From contig OW818675.1 of assembly GCA_942493095.1 (NCBI GenBank), positions 2,700,001-2,732,000 of the forward strand: a stretch of DNA of 32,000 bases, given 5' to 3'. Position 1 is the stretch's first letter. The number at the start of each line of letters is the position of its first letter. Shown piece after piece: positions 17,941-27,424 of this stretch. The translations under genes were made by a program, and so were the position numbers. The notes under the pieces are model-generated. The model had not been told where the DNA came from, made no database searches, and saw nothing but the letters and a program-made list of their open reading frames with translations. The stretch comes from Candidatus Electronema halotolerans (GTDB lineage Bacteria; Desulfobacterota; Desulfobulbia; Desulfobulbales; Desulfobulbaceae).

Positions 17941-19359
17941 CTAATAGGCGCCCTTGCCGCTGATCATGCAGCCAATAGTCTTGATGATGATCTTCAGGTC
18001 GCAGATGAGCGAGTGGTTGAGCACGTACCAGTCATCCAAATCCACCCGCTCGTCGTAGTTTTCGGTGTCGCTGCGCTTCATCACCTGCCACGGCCCGGTG
18101 ATGCCCGGCTTCATCGACACATAGCGGCCCGCGCTGCCTCGGCCCTTGTAGTATTCGGCCAGCTCCCTGCCGACTATGGGCCGGGCGCCGACCACGCTCA
18201 TCTCGCCCCTGAGCACGTTGATAAATTGGGGAAATTCGTCCAAGCTGGTGCGGCGGAGAAAGCGGCCCATGCGGGTGATGCGCGGGTCGTTCTTGAGCTT
18301 GAAATTGCGCCGCCATTCCTCAGCCAAGGCCGGATCAGCGGCCAGCAATTCCTCTAACTTCTTATCCGCATCCACAATCATGGTGCGGAATTTCAAACAC
18401 TCAAACTCCCTGCCCGTGGCCATGATCCGCCGATGCCGGTAAAGCACCGGCCCTCTGCTGTCTAACTTGATCAGGAGTATGAGCAGAAGCATCAGCGGCG
18501 CGGTCAGCAGAAGAATCAGGATGGAGAAGATGATATCAAAGGCCCGCTTCCAGCTGTGATCCGGGTTGAAGCTGAGAACAAGCATGTCGCCAAGAGACTG
18601 AATTTCGGCATGATGCAGGCCGAAGATGTACAGATCAGGCACTAAGTAAATCTGCGCCCCCAGCTCGCGGCATTCGCGCAGGATCCAGAAAATTTTCCGT
18701 TCAGCCCGCATGGGCAGGGCGATATAGACATAGTCAATATCATTGATTGACAGATAATCACGCAGATCACGGGTGCTGCCGAGCAGCGGCCTGCTGATCT
18801 CGCAGCTCTGCTGTTCCGGCTTGTCATCAAAAAATCCCAGAACCTCAATCCCGGCCCACGGAATTTCCTCAGTCTGCTTGGCCAGCCGCTGCCCCAGCTC
18901 GCCTGCGCCGACAATGACTGCATGGCGGATGTTGCGGCCTTGGGCGCGGTAATGGCGCATGGTCTGCCGGACAGCCAAATGCAGGAGAAAAAGCAGCAAT
19001 GGCGTGGTCAGCGACCAGATGCTGAACACGACTCTGGAATAGCCTTCAGAAACTTTGAAAATGAAGAAATAAAAGAGCAGGAGGCTGACCACTGCCGCCC
19101 ATGCCTTGCAGATGACGAAAAATTCCCGGTAGAGCCGCCAGCCCCGCCATGAGCGGTAGAGCTGGAAATAGTGAAAGCTGACAAAGCAGGCGGCAAAAAC
19201 AATCCCTTCCAGCCAAGTGTAGTAGCAGCTCCACGGCACCTGATACAGCTCCACCAGCAGCCAGAGATAGGCGCAGCCTAAGACGCAGTCAAGGATGTGC
19301 AGCAGCTTGTAGATGGAGGACGTGCGCTGGCGCAGATTCCAAGCAAGGGCGGGCGACAT
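17941..19359 (-). CDS. Undecaprenyl-phosphate sugar phosphotransferase (polyprenyl glycosylphosphotransferase), exopolysaccharide initiation
   Basis: N-terminal TM bundle, CoA-binding-like 'IVGAGELGQRLAKQTEEIPWAGIEVLGFFDD', C-terminal 'KRAFDIIFSILILLLTAPLMLLLILLIKLDSRGPVLYRHRRI...RTSLDEFPQFINVLRGEMSVVGARP'. Confidence 0.93.
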   Translation of the reverse strand: MSPALAWNLRQRTSSIYKLLHILDCVLGCAYLWLLVELYQVPWSCYYTWLEGIVFAACFVSFHYFQLYRSWRGWRLYREFFVICKAWAAVVSLLLFYFFIFKVSEGYSRVVFSIWSLTTPLLLFLLHLAVRQTMRHYRAQGRNIRHAVIVGAGELGQRLAKQTEEIPWAGIEVLGFFDDKPEQQSCEISRPLLGSTRDLRDYLSINDIDYVYIALPMRAERKIFWILRECRELGAQIYLVPDLYIFGLHHAEIQSLGDMLVLSFNPDHSWKRAFDIIFSILILLLTAPLMLLLILLIKLDSRGPVLYRHRRIMATGREFECLKFRTMIVDADKKLEELLAADPALAEEWRRNFKLKNDPRITRMGRFLRRTSLDEFPQFINVLRGEMSVVGARPIVGRELAEYYKGRGSAGRYVSMKPGITGPWQVMKRSDTENYDERVDLDDWYVLNHSLICDLKIIIKTIGCMISGKGAY

Positions 19360-19365
19360 GGCGGC

Positions 19366-20301
19366 TCAGACATTCCAGCCCTGCCAGCCGGGATTCATGC
19401 TCAATTTGCGCGCCCAGCTCCGGGGCAGAAGCTGATGCTGCCGACCCAGCTTGTAAGCGGCGTATTTGCCCAGATTGCGGCAGAACCACTCTGGCAGGAG
19501 CTGATAGTGCCGCTGTTTCAAGAGCAGACGCAGCTCGGAGAGGACATAGTTCCGCCCTGCCCCGCCCGGGCCGCCAAATTGCATGAGCTGCTCCTGCTGC
19601 TGGGCATGAAAGACACCAATGTCAAAATAACGCTTCACGTCCTGCTGGAGGCTGTAGTTGTGGGAATGAAAGACGGTTGCTTCGCTGACATACTGAACAT
19701 GATAGCCCGTTGCCAGCAGTTTGGCTACTGCCAAAGTGTCTTCGCCAAAGAGCAGGCGTTCCGGGAAAAAATTTTGCTGTGCCAGCGGTTCACGCCGCCA
19801 CGCTGCGAATGAGTTGGAAATAAAGATGGTTTTAAAGCCGAAGATCGCTGCATCCTCGCGGCGGCGGAGCTGTGATTGGGCAGGATAATTGAAGTGCCGC
19901 AGATGGGCGCTGAAGAACGTGGCATCCGGCGCAGGCAGTTGGCGGCCATAGGTTGCAGCAAGTTTTTCGTCATGCTGAAACGGCTTGATCAGCAACTCCA
20001 AGGCATCATCTGCCGCAGGCACTGCGTCTTGGGTCATGTAAATGATGATTTCGCCCGCAGTCTGCCGGGCCGCCCAAGTTCTGGTGCCGCCGTGATCAAA
20101 ATCCTCCTGCCTGATTTCCAGCAAACAGAGGCGGGGATTGGCAGCTTGATGCTGCCGGACAATGGCCAGCGTCTCATCCATGGAACCGGAATCAACGATG
20201 AAAATTTTATCCGGCGCAAGGGTCTGCCGGGCCAGCATGGTCAGAACCTTGTCCATCCATCTGCCGCCGTTCCAAGTGGGAATGATCAGCGAAACCGTCA
20301 C
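19366..20301 (-). CDS. Family 2 glycosyltransferase (rhamnosyltransferase-like)
   Basis: 'VSLIIPTWNGGRWMDKVL', 'IFIVDSGSMDETLAI', 'TQDAVPA'. Confidence 0.88.
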   Translation of the reverse strand: MTVSLIIPTWNGGRWMDKVLTMLARQTLAPDKIFIVDSGSMDETLAIVRQHQAANPRLCLLEIRQEDFDHGGTRTWAARQTAGEIIIYMTQDAVPAADDALELLIKPFQHDEKLAATYGRQLPAPDATFFSAHLRHFNYPAQSQLRRREDAAIFGFKTIFISNSFAAWRREPLAQQNFFPERLLFGEDTLAVAKLLATGYHVQYVSEATVFHSHNYSLQQDVKRYFDIGVFHAQQQEQLMQFGGPGGAGRNYVLSELRLLLKQRHYQLLPEWFCRNLGKYAAYKLGRQHQLLPRSWARKLSMNPGWQGWNV

Positions 20302-21140
20302 AGCCGCAGTCCTCGGACAAGCAGATATTTAGTCGCAGCCCAGAGCATGTAGGGTGAGGGGTGTTTTTTATAAAGGAGCAGCTCACTGCGGGCGGCAGTC
20401 AGGCGCAGGTGATAGGGGATGCGCTGTCGGTCCTGCTGCCAGCCCCGGCAATGATGGACGCGAATCTCCGGCAGATAAACGAGCTGCCAGCCTTGTTGTC
20501 GCAGCCGCAGACAGAGTTCAATATCTTCTTTGTAGAGAAAGAAATCCGGGTCAAAGACGGCCTTGCCGGGCAGGGGTATCGACTTCAGCGCAGTTTTCCG
20601 GCAGCAGAGAAAAGCCCCGCAAAGAGCCGGAACGTGCTCGCGCCGATTGTGCTGGCCGCAGTCTAACTGGCCTTGGTCGCGGTCATGCCAGCGGCCAAAC
20701 CATGTTCTGAACACGCCAGTGGAGTCAAGCAGGCCGGTGGGCTGATTACCTTGCATGTCAAAGCCGAGCAGCCTGCCGCCGATACAGCCGACTTTCTCAT
20801 TCTCAGCAAGAAAGGCAAGTGCTCGCTCGATGCTGTCTGGGGCAGGAAAAGCATCAGGGTTGAGAAAAAGGACGACATCCGCATTTTCTTGAACCGCCTG
20901 CCAGCCGAGGTTGTTGGCTCTGCTGAAGCCGATGTTTTCCTCCAGCAGCACCGTGCAGCCGTTCTTCTCCTGATATGGCCGCAAATACGTTGTGTTGTCT
21001 GAGCCGGAATCAACAATGACCGTCGCCGCAAGCCGTGCGGTCTGCCGCTCCAGCGCAGCCAAGCAGCGGCCCAGCACAGCTTGGGCATTATGAGTGACAA
21101 TGATGACAGCGATTCTGCTGCTGCTCCGGGAATTCAACAA
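20298..21140 (-). CDS. Family 2 glycosyltransferase
   Basis: 'IAVIIVTHNAQAVLGRCLAAL', 'VIVDSGSDNTT', 'DPDFFLYKEDIELCLRLRQQGWQLVYLPEIRVHHC'. Confidence 0.88.
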   Translation of the reverse strand: MLNSRSSSRIAVIIVTHNAQAVLGRCLAALERQTARLAATVIVDSGSDNTTYLRPYQEKNGCTVLLEENIGFSRANNLGWQAVQENADVVLFLNPDAFPAPDSIERALAFLAENEKVGCIGGRLLGFDMQGNQPTGLLDSTGVFRTWFGRWHDRDQGQLDCGQHNRREHVPALCGAFLCCRKTALKSIPLPGKAVFDPDFFLYKEDIELCLRLRQQGWQLVYLPEIRVHHCRGWQQDRQRIPYHLRLTAARSELLLYKKHPSPYMLWAATKYLLVRGLRL

Positions 21141-22429
21141 TGAAGTTTTTTTGCTTGCAATTTGTTTCGATTAAACAAATATCCCCAACCTGATGCTGAA
21201 ATCACAGACAATGCAGGAACTATCGGAACTCTAAATCTTCCATAGGCTTCACCTCCTACGGAAAATAATGTAAAATAAAAAATAACAACAAGAAACAAAT
21301 AGATCACTTGTCTTTGATGCGGAAACAAATAGTTTTTTAACGCAATGACAGAACCTAAAATTAAACCTGCGTACAGAAGAAACAGATGAACAGCTCTCCA
21401 AAATATTATTATCTTAGAAGGAAAAGACTCTTCTTTTATTTTGAAATTTAAAAAAGATGTCATGTCGAAATACATTTCCATGCCCCCTCTGATACCCTGC
21501 CACAATGTAACAAGCAGATTATTTTTTAATATTTTTATCCCTTCATTTCTTTCCCATATTGCTAACTCGCCATCATTTAATCGCTCTTTTTCTTGTTTTT
21601 CAATCGCTCTTTGTTTTAATTCATCACGAACATCTTTAAAGTCCCTTTTTTCAATAAAAGAAATATTCCAAGCAGCCCTGTACAGAAAAATATCCTTTGA
21701 AGAAATCGTTGTGAAAAAGAATACTCCTGTATGAAAATAATTCCTAACTGACCATAATATCGGCATGGACGCTGAAGATAAACAAAAAAAACAAATCAAC
21801 ACGGATATATATTTCTTTTTTTCTCTTAAGGCGAAGAACATCCAGAGTGCAATAGGAACAAAAGCAAGGAAAGAGATTGGACGACATAATGATAAAACAG
21901 AGAGCCATCCTCCTAAAACAACTACAGTTCTCAAATCAAACAGAAACTGCTTATCCTCCTGTTGACACCAATCAACAAGCTTTATTAAAAATATACACAA
22001 AATCACTGTAAATAGAGTGTCAGAAAGAAGAAAATTAGCAGTAAGCATACTTTGAAAGTCAAGAGCTACAAAAAGCGCGCAAATAACCGCTGGAAAAAGA
22101 TCGAATATACGTCGAGATACAGCGTAGGATATCAACACGGCAGCAACTGAAATAAAAACCTGAATCAATGCCATGACAGCATTGCTGGAAGATATATATT
22201 TATGGATAAAAGCAATGAAAATTGGATATACTGGTGTTCTCGAAAAGCTTGGAAATGTTCCGTTTTCGATGAGCTGCATACCAGGATGCAGATAAGAGCT
22301 TGTGTCCGGCTGGATGAAATAACTTGGTTTTCCAAGAAAATCAAACCAAATATACAGCCTTGCCGCAAGCGCAAGCAAGAGGATAAGCAGCAATATAATA
22401 TTCTCTTTTCTCAAGGAGAAGCTTTTCAT
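21134..22429 (-). CDS. Multi-pass membrane protein, glycosyltransferase-39/ArnT-like
   Basis: Start MKSFSLRKEN; multiple hydrophobic helices; 'PSYFIQPDTSSYLHPGMQLIENGTFPSFSRTPVYPIFIAFIHKY' resembles a GT-C type periplasmic loop. Confidence 0.65.
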   Translation of the reverse strand: MKSFSLRKENIILLLILLLALAARLYIWFDFLGKPSYFIQPDTSSYLHPGMQLIENGTFPSFSRTPVYPIFIAFIHKYISSSNAVMALIQVFISVAAVLISYAVSRRIFDLFPAVICALFVALDFQSMLTANFLLSDTLFTVILCIFLIKLVDWCQQEDKQFLFDLRTVVVLGGWLSVLSLCRPISFLAFVPIALWMFFALREKKKYISVLICFFCLSSASMPILWSVRNYFHTGVFFFTTISSKDIFLYRAAWNISFIEKRDFKDVRDELKQRAIEKQEKERLNDGELAIWERNEGIKILKNNLLVTLWQGIRGGMEMYFDMTSFLNFKIKEESFPSKIIIFWRAVHLFLLYAGLILGSVIALKNYLFPHQRQVIYLFLVVIFYFTLFSVGGEAYGRFRVPIVPALSVISASGWGYLFNRNKLQAKKLHC

Positions 22430-22520
22430 CAGCACCATGATATTCCTGTTTTTTTAGTGAACCGACATAACCGAAGCTAAGAACTTTTCGTTAAAAAACG
22501 ACCGAGCAGCTCATGTAGAC

Positions 22521-22591
22521 GGCCAGGGCAAACGCATGACTTGTTCTTGACAAATCAGACAGTTGCAATAAGTCATGCGTTTGCCCTGGCC
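22521..22591. repeat. Perfect 22-bp inverted repeat with 27-nt spacer
   Basis: ggccagggcaaacgcatgactt (22521-22542) and its exact complement aagtcatgcgtttgccctggcc (22570-22591). Confidence 0.9.
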
Positions 22592-22862
22592 AGCAGGGTC
22601 TGCCAAGATGTGTTTCTGCTTATCTGCTTCTCCTTCTGATTGAAGTTGTGACAGGTGTGCATCCATACTCCTGATCAACGGATATGTCAAGATGAGATGC
22701 AATTTTTTCTTGACAGAGCCTGTCCGCCGTTTTACGCTGCCACGTCATGATCTTGCCAAAGTCATGCAGCGCAGTTGCCCCTCACTTTCGACCGGAGAGC
22801 GGTTATGACCACAATTCAATGGCGACCATCTTGAACAACCTGCGGCAAGGAGCCTGAACAGC

Positions 22863-23858
22863 GTGCCAAGTCATGACAAAATTGCCCTCATTGCCCTGAC
22901 CAAGGGCGGCAAGGAACTGGCGGAACAGCTCGCCGCCCGGCTGCCCGGCAGCAGGTTAGTCAGCGCGCAGGGCGGCATCAGCAGGACGCTGGCCCGCGCC
23001 TGGCAGGACTGCGATGCGCTCATCTGCATCATGGCGACTGGCATTGTTGTCCGGGCCATTGCCCCGCTCCTTGGCGACAAACGGACTGATCCGGCAGTGC
23101 TGGTCTGCGATGAACAGGGGCGGTTCGCCATTTCCCTGCTCTCCGGCCATCTCGGCGGCGGCAACGCCTTGGCCCGGCAGGTCGCGGCTCTGCTCGGCGC
23201 GCAGGCAGTGATCACCACGGCCTCGGATGTGCTGGGCCACACCGCCCTTGACCTCTGGGCGCGTGACCTCAGCCTTGCCGTGGCAGACCGGCACCGCCTG
23301 ACCCGCGTCATGGCCAAATTGGTCAACAGCGGCTCGGTCTCCCTGTGCAGCGACTATCCCTTGCTGGATGCGCTGCCGCCGGATATTCTTCCTGCCGAGC
23401 AGGCGGCGCAGGCTGATCTGCGCATCACCTGCCGCACTGTCCAGGCTCCCGGCCAAGCCCTGCTCCACCCGAAAGTCTTGGTTGCCGGAGTCGGCTGCAA
23501 TCGCGGCACCCCGGCAGCCGAGATCAGCGAAGCTCTGCGCCGGGCCTGCGCGGAAAATGGGCTGGCCATGCAGTCAGTCCGCAATCTGGCTTCCATTGAC
23601 TTGAAAGAGGATGAGGAGGGGCTGCTGGCTGCAGCAGCGGAGCAGGGCTGGCCGATTGCCTTCTACTCGGCAGAGCAGCTCAATCAGGCTGAGGGCGCGG
23701 CCCGCAGCTCGGCGGCAGTGCTGCGGGTCACCGGAGCCAAAAGCGTGGCCGAGCCTGCCGCCATTCTCAGTTCCGGCGGCGGACGGCTCTTGGTGCGGAA
23801 ACGGAAGTCAGCCAATGTGACCGTGGCCATTGCCGAACTGCGTTTTTCCCCAACTTGA
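22863..23858 (+). CDS. cbiG: Cobalt-precorrin 5A hydrolase / CbiG family
   Basis: 'KIALIALTKGGKELAEQLAARL', 'GIVVRAIAPLLGDKRTDPAVLVCDEQGRFAISLLSGHLGGGNALARQVA', 'VAGVGCNRGTPAAEI'. GTG start. Confidence 0.92.
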   Translation: MPSHDKIALIALTKGGKELAEQLAARLPGSRLVSAQGGISRTLARAWQDCDALICIMATGIVVRAIAPLLGDKRTDPAVLVCDEQGRFAISLLSGHLGGGNALARQVAALLGAQAVITTASDVLGHTALDLWARDLSLAVADRHRLTRVMAKLVNSGSVSLCSDYPLLDALPPDILPAEQAAQADLRITCRTVQAPGQALLHPKVLVAGVGCNRGTPAAEISEALRRACAENGLAMQSVRNLASIDLKEDEEGLLAAAAEQGWPIAFYSAEQLNQAEGAARSSAAVLRVTGAKSVAEPAAILSSGGGRLLVRKRKSANVTVAIAELRFSPT

Positions 23859-23866
23859 GCAGAACC

Positions 23867-24631
23867 ATGCCAGAAGCTAAAACCATCTCCCTGACCCTGA
23901 AAATATGGCGACAGACAGAGCCGCAGGCAAAAGGCGACTTTGAAACCCACCGCCTGACTGATCTGAGCCAAGACATGTCCTTTCTCGAAATGCTGGACTT
24001 GCTCAATCAGCAGCTGACCTTGGCAGGCAAGGAGCCAGTCGCCTTTGACAGCGACTGCCGCGAAGGCATCTGCGGCAGCTGCGGGGCGGCAGTGGATGGC
24101 ATTGCGCATGGCCCGGAGCGCGGCGGCACCCTTTGCCAGCTTTATCTCCGCCATTTCAAGGACGGCCAGACCGTCTGGCTGGAGCCGTTCCGGGCCAAAG
24201 CCTTTCCGGTCATCAAAGACCTGATCGTTGACCGCTCCGCCTATGACCGGATCATCCAAGCAGGCGGCTTTGTCTCGGTCAACGCCGGTTCCGCGCCAGA
24301 GGCGAACAGTGTGCCAATTGCCCAGCCGCTGGCCGAGCAGGCTATGGACACGGCAGCCTGCATCGGCTGCGGGGCCTGCGCTGCCGCCTGCCCCAATGCG
24401 GCGGCCATGCTCTTTGTCTCGGCCAAGATTTCTCATCTCGCCCTGCTGCCCCAAGGACAGCAAGAACGCAAAAGCCGGGCATTGGCAATGGTCGCGGCTA
24501 TGGCCAAGGAAGGCTTCGGCGCGTGCGGCAATCAGCGCGAATGCGAGCAGGTCTGCCCCAAAGGCATTTCCATCCGCAGCATTGCCCGCCTGAACCGGGA
24601 GCATCTGGCCGCTGTCGCAGGGAAGGGCTGA
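23867..24631 (+). CDS. Succinate dehydrogenase/fumarate reductase iron-sulfur subunit family protein
   Basis: [2Fe-2S] motif 'CREGICGSCGAAVDG...C'; 4Fe-4S/3Fe-4S motifs 'CIGCGACAAACPNAA', 'CGNQRECEQVCPKGI'. Confidence 0.9.
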   Translation: MPEAKTISLTLKIWRQTEPQAKGDFETHRLTDLSQDMSFLEMLDLLNQQLTLAGKEPVAFDSDCREGICGSCGAAVDGIAHGPERGGTLCQLYLRHFKDGQTVWLEPFRAKAFPVIKDLIVDRSAYDRIIQAGGFVSVNAGSAPEANSVPIAQPLAEQAMDTAACIGCGACAAACPNAAAMLFVSAKISHLALLPQGQQERKSRALAMVAAMAKEGFGACGNQRECEQVCPKGISIRSIARLNREHLAAVAGKG

Positions 24632-25204
24632 TCAGCGTTCTGTCATGAGCAGGCCAATCTGCCGTGCTTGAAAGCGTTCGATATTTCTCTTGACATTCTC
24701 TTGGATGAATTTCGAGTTGTCACGAAACGCCTGCTGCTGCACTGCCTGTATTTTTTGCAGCAGATCATCTGGCTGATTGTTCCACAAGGCAGTGCCGGTG
24801 AGTGGGTCGCGCACCTTCAGCTCCTGATTGTCCTGCGAGCAGTTGATGATCGTTGCCGCAAAGATGTTGTTCGGGGTGAGATTGGTGGCGAAGCGGGAGC
24901 CTGAAATGATCAGCAGATCACCTTTCTTAAATGAGAACAGCTCTGGATGCTTGTCAGCATACCATTGCGGGCAGATATGGATCAAATATGAACTGCCAAG
25001 ACTGTCTTTGACAATGAGATGCAGGCCCATTCTGCCAATGGTGGGATTCTTCAGGGTGTTGACGCTTTCCACCTTGGCCATGAAGCGGGTGAAGGTCAGG
25101 CGGCTGTATGGCGGCATGGTCCTTGCTGCCACTGAGGCCGCCATTCCGCAGGTGCAGAGGAGGAGAGCAGTGGCGAGAAAATGCTTCAGAGAAAGGCGCG
25201 GCAT
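24632..25204 (-). CDS. Secreted hypothetical protein
   Basis: 190 aa with signal peptide (FLATALLLCTCGMAASVAA); no family recognised. Confidence 0.75.
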   Translation of the reverse strand: MPRLSLKHFLATALLLCTCGMAASVAARTMPPYSRLTFTRFMAKVESVNTLKNPTIGRMGLHLIVKDSLGSSYLIHICPQWYADKHPELFSFKKGDLLIISGSRFATNLTPNNIFAATIINCSQDNQELKVRDPLTGTALWNNQPDDLLQKIQAVQQQAFRDNSKFIQENVKRNIERFQARQIGLLMTER

Positions 25205-25338
25205 GGGAGGCTCCTGCTGGTGATTGTGCTGTCAATGTCCTGAAACAGAAACCGGTTATACAAAATTCATCCAGAAAAGACAAGCGCGGCGGCCAGAAGC
25301 GTCGTGCATCATTGCAAACCACGTTCAAAGGAGGAACA

Positions 25339-26760
25339 ATGCATCATGTCAGGATAATGCTCACCATAACCCTTGCCGTTCTTGCCTTCGCAGGCATCCG
25401 GCCTGCCGCCGCAGAGGAGGAATTTGTCACCGCTCTGACCGGCAAGTTTCCCCCGTTCAGCTATTACGACAGCCAAGGCGACTTGGCCGGGTTTGATGTC
25501 GATATGAGCCGGGAGATCGCCCGCCGCATCAACAAGAAATCACGGATCATCGCCACGGAATGGGACGGCATTCTCGCCGGTCTGCTGGCGCATAAGTACG
25601 ACGCGATCATCGGCTCAATGGCTGTCACGCCAGTCCGCCAGCAGAGCGTTGATTTCTCCACCCCGTACTACCATTCCGGCGCCCAGCTCTTTGTTCATCG
25701 CGACAATCCCAATAAAGTCTATTCCATCTCCGAGTGCGGCGGTCTAAGCATTGCCGTGGTTCTTGGCGAGACCTATCAGCACTTTCTCGAAGAGAGATTC
25801 CCGGCTGTCAAGGTCGTGACCCTCAAATCTGCGGCGGAAATCTTTGCCATGCTGGAGCAGAAGCGGATCACTGGCTTTGTCACCGACCGGCTGGTCGGGG
25901 CTTGGCAGATCAAGGAGGCGGGCCGTTCCTTTGTCCCGGTCGGCGAAATGCTCTACAAGGAGCGGATCGGCATTGCCGTGCGCAAGGACACGCCTGGTCT
26001 GCTCCGGCAGATCAACACCGCACTGGCGGCAATGGAAGATGACGGCACCATGCAGCGCATCCATCAACGCTATTTCGGCCTAGCCAAGACTGACAGCTCC
26101 GCCTTGGGCAAAATGCAGCCCTCGGTGATTGCCGCCAAGCTGCTCAAAGGTTTTGCCGTCAGCTTGGGCATTGCTGTGGCCTCCATTCTGCTTGGCTTCA
26201 TCCTCGCCCTGCCTTGCGGCCTGCTCCTGACCTTTCAGCGCGGCAGCCTCAAGCTGGTGCATTTTCTTGTGCGCGGCATTGTTGATTTCATCCGGGGCAC
26301 ACCGGTGCTGATCCAGCTCCTCTTTGTCTGGCTCGGCCTCGGCCTGTCGCCCTTCCCGGCAGCCATTCTCACCTTGGGCATCTGCGCAATGGCCTACATG
26401 GCTGAGGTCATCCGGGCCGGGCTGATGAGCGTTGATCCGGGCCAGGACTTGGCCGCTCGCGCATTGGGCCTTTCCTCGCTGGACCGCTTCCGCTTTGTCG
26501 TCTGGCCGCAGGCCTTCCGCATCGCCATCCCGCCGCTGATGAACTGCGTGGTTTCCCTGCTCAAGGACACCGCCTTGGTCTCGATCATCTCCATCCCTGA
26601 GCTGATCCGCGAGGCCCAGTCCATCATCAGCGTCACCTTTCAGCCGCGCCTTTATTATCTGATTGCCGGACTGCTCTTCTTTGCCGTCACCTTTCCGCTG
26701 ATGAAGCTGTCCTCCCGGCTGGAGAAAAACATTCAAGCAAAGGGATTCAGCCATGATTGA
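25339..26760 (+). CDS. Polar amino-acid ABC transporter: substrate-binding domain fused to permease
   Basis: N-terminal SBP3-type domain ('FVTALTGKFPPFSYYDSQGDLAGFDVDMSREIARRI') followed by a HisM/GlnP-type permease ('VRGIVDFIRGTPVLIQLLFVW', 'YMAEVIRAGLMSVDPGQDLAARALGLS'). GGAGG precedes the ATG at 25339; the track ORF start at 25108 is upstream read-through. Confidence 0.93.
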   Translation: MHHVRIMLTITLAVLAFAGIRPAAAEEEFVTALTGKFPPFSYYDSQGDLAGFDVDMSREIARRINKKSRIIATEWDGILAGLLAHKYDAIIGSMAVTPVRQQSVDFSTPYYHSGAQLFVHRDNPNKVYSISECGGLSIAVVLGETYQHFLEERFPAVKVVTLKSAAEIFAMLEQKRITGFVTDRLVGAWQIKEAGRSFVPVGEMLYKERIGIAVRKDTPGLLRQINTALAAMEDDGTMQRIHQRYFGLAKTDSSALGKMQPSVIAAKLLKGFAVSLGIAVASILLGFILALPCGLLLTFQRGSLKLVHFLVRGIVDFIRGTPVLIQLLFVWLGLGLSPFPAAILTLGICAMAYMAEVIRAGLMSVDPGQDLAARALGLSSLDRFRFVVWPQAFRIAIPPLMNCVVSLLKDTALVSIISIPELIREAQSIISVTFQPRLYYLIAGLLFFAVTFPLMKLSSRLEKNIQAKGFSHD

Positions 26761-27424
26761 AGTCAAGAACGTTTCCTACACCTACGCGGACGGCACTCCG
26801 GCAGTGCAGGATGTCAGCATCACCTTTCCTGAGCAGGGCATCTTTGCGGTCATGGGCCTGTCCGGCTCCGGCAAGACCACCCTGCTCAACTGCCTTGCCC
26901 GTTTTCTCTTTCCGCAGGAAGGCAAGATTCTCTTGGACGGACAGGATATTCTGGAGATGGAGAAGACGGCCTTCCGCCAGCAGGTCGGGGTGGTGTTTCA
27001 GAAGCTCAATCTTTTTCCGCATCTGAATGTGCTGGAAAACATGATGCTGGCCCTTGAGCGGGTGCAGGGGAAGAGCAAGGGCACTGCGCAGGCAGAAGCG
27101 ATGGACATTCTTGAGCGGCTCAAAATCGCTGAACTGGCGGACAATTATCCGGCCCAGATCAGCGGCGGCCAGGCGCAGCGGGCAGCCATTGCCCGTGGCT
27201 TGGCTCTGAAGCCCAAGTTCATGCTTTTGGATGAGCCGACCAGCGCCTTGGATGCGGCAACCACCTCGAACTTTGCCCAATGGCTGCGTGAGCTTCAGGC
27301 AGTAACCAGCTTTATTATCGTCACCCATGACCTGCCTTTTGCTGAACAGGCGGCGGAGCTGGGCGTGTTCATGGAGCAAGGCCAAGTGCGGGAAAGAGGG
27401 CGGATCAGCGAGGTGCTTGCATAG
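26753..27424 (+). CDS. Amino-acid ABC transporter ATP-binding protein (GlnQ-like)
   Basis: Walker A 'GLSGSGKTT', signature 'ISGGQAQRAAIARGLALKPKFMLLDEPTSALD'. Confidence 0.95.
   Translation: MIEVKNVSYTYADGTPAVQDVSITFPEQGIFAVMGLSGSGKTTLLNCLARFLFPQEGKILLDGQDILEMEKTAFRQQVGVVFQKLNLFPHLNVLENMMLALERVQGKSKGTAQAEAMDILERLKIAELADNYPAQISGGQAQRAAIARGLALKPKFMLLDEPTSALDAATTSNFAQWLRELQAVTSFIIVTHDLPFAEQAAELGVFMEQGQVRERGRISEVLA

Noticed and set aside
22511-22702. 63-aa minus ORF covering the 22-bp inverted repeat
   Set aside because: No domain, overlaps the hairpin and is better explained as non-coding.
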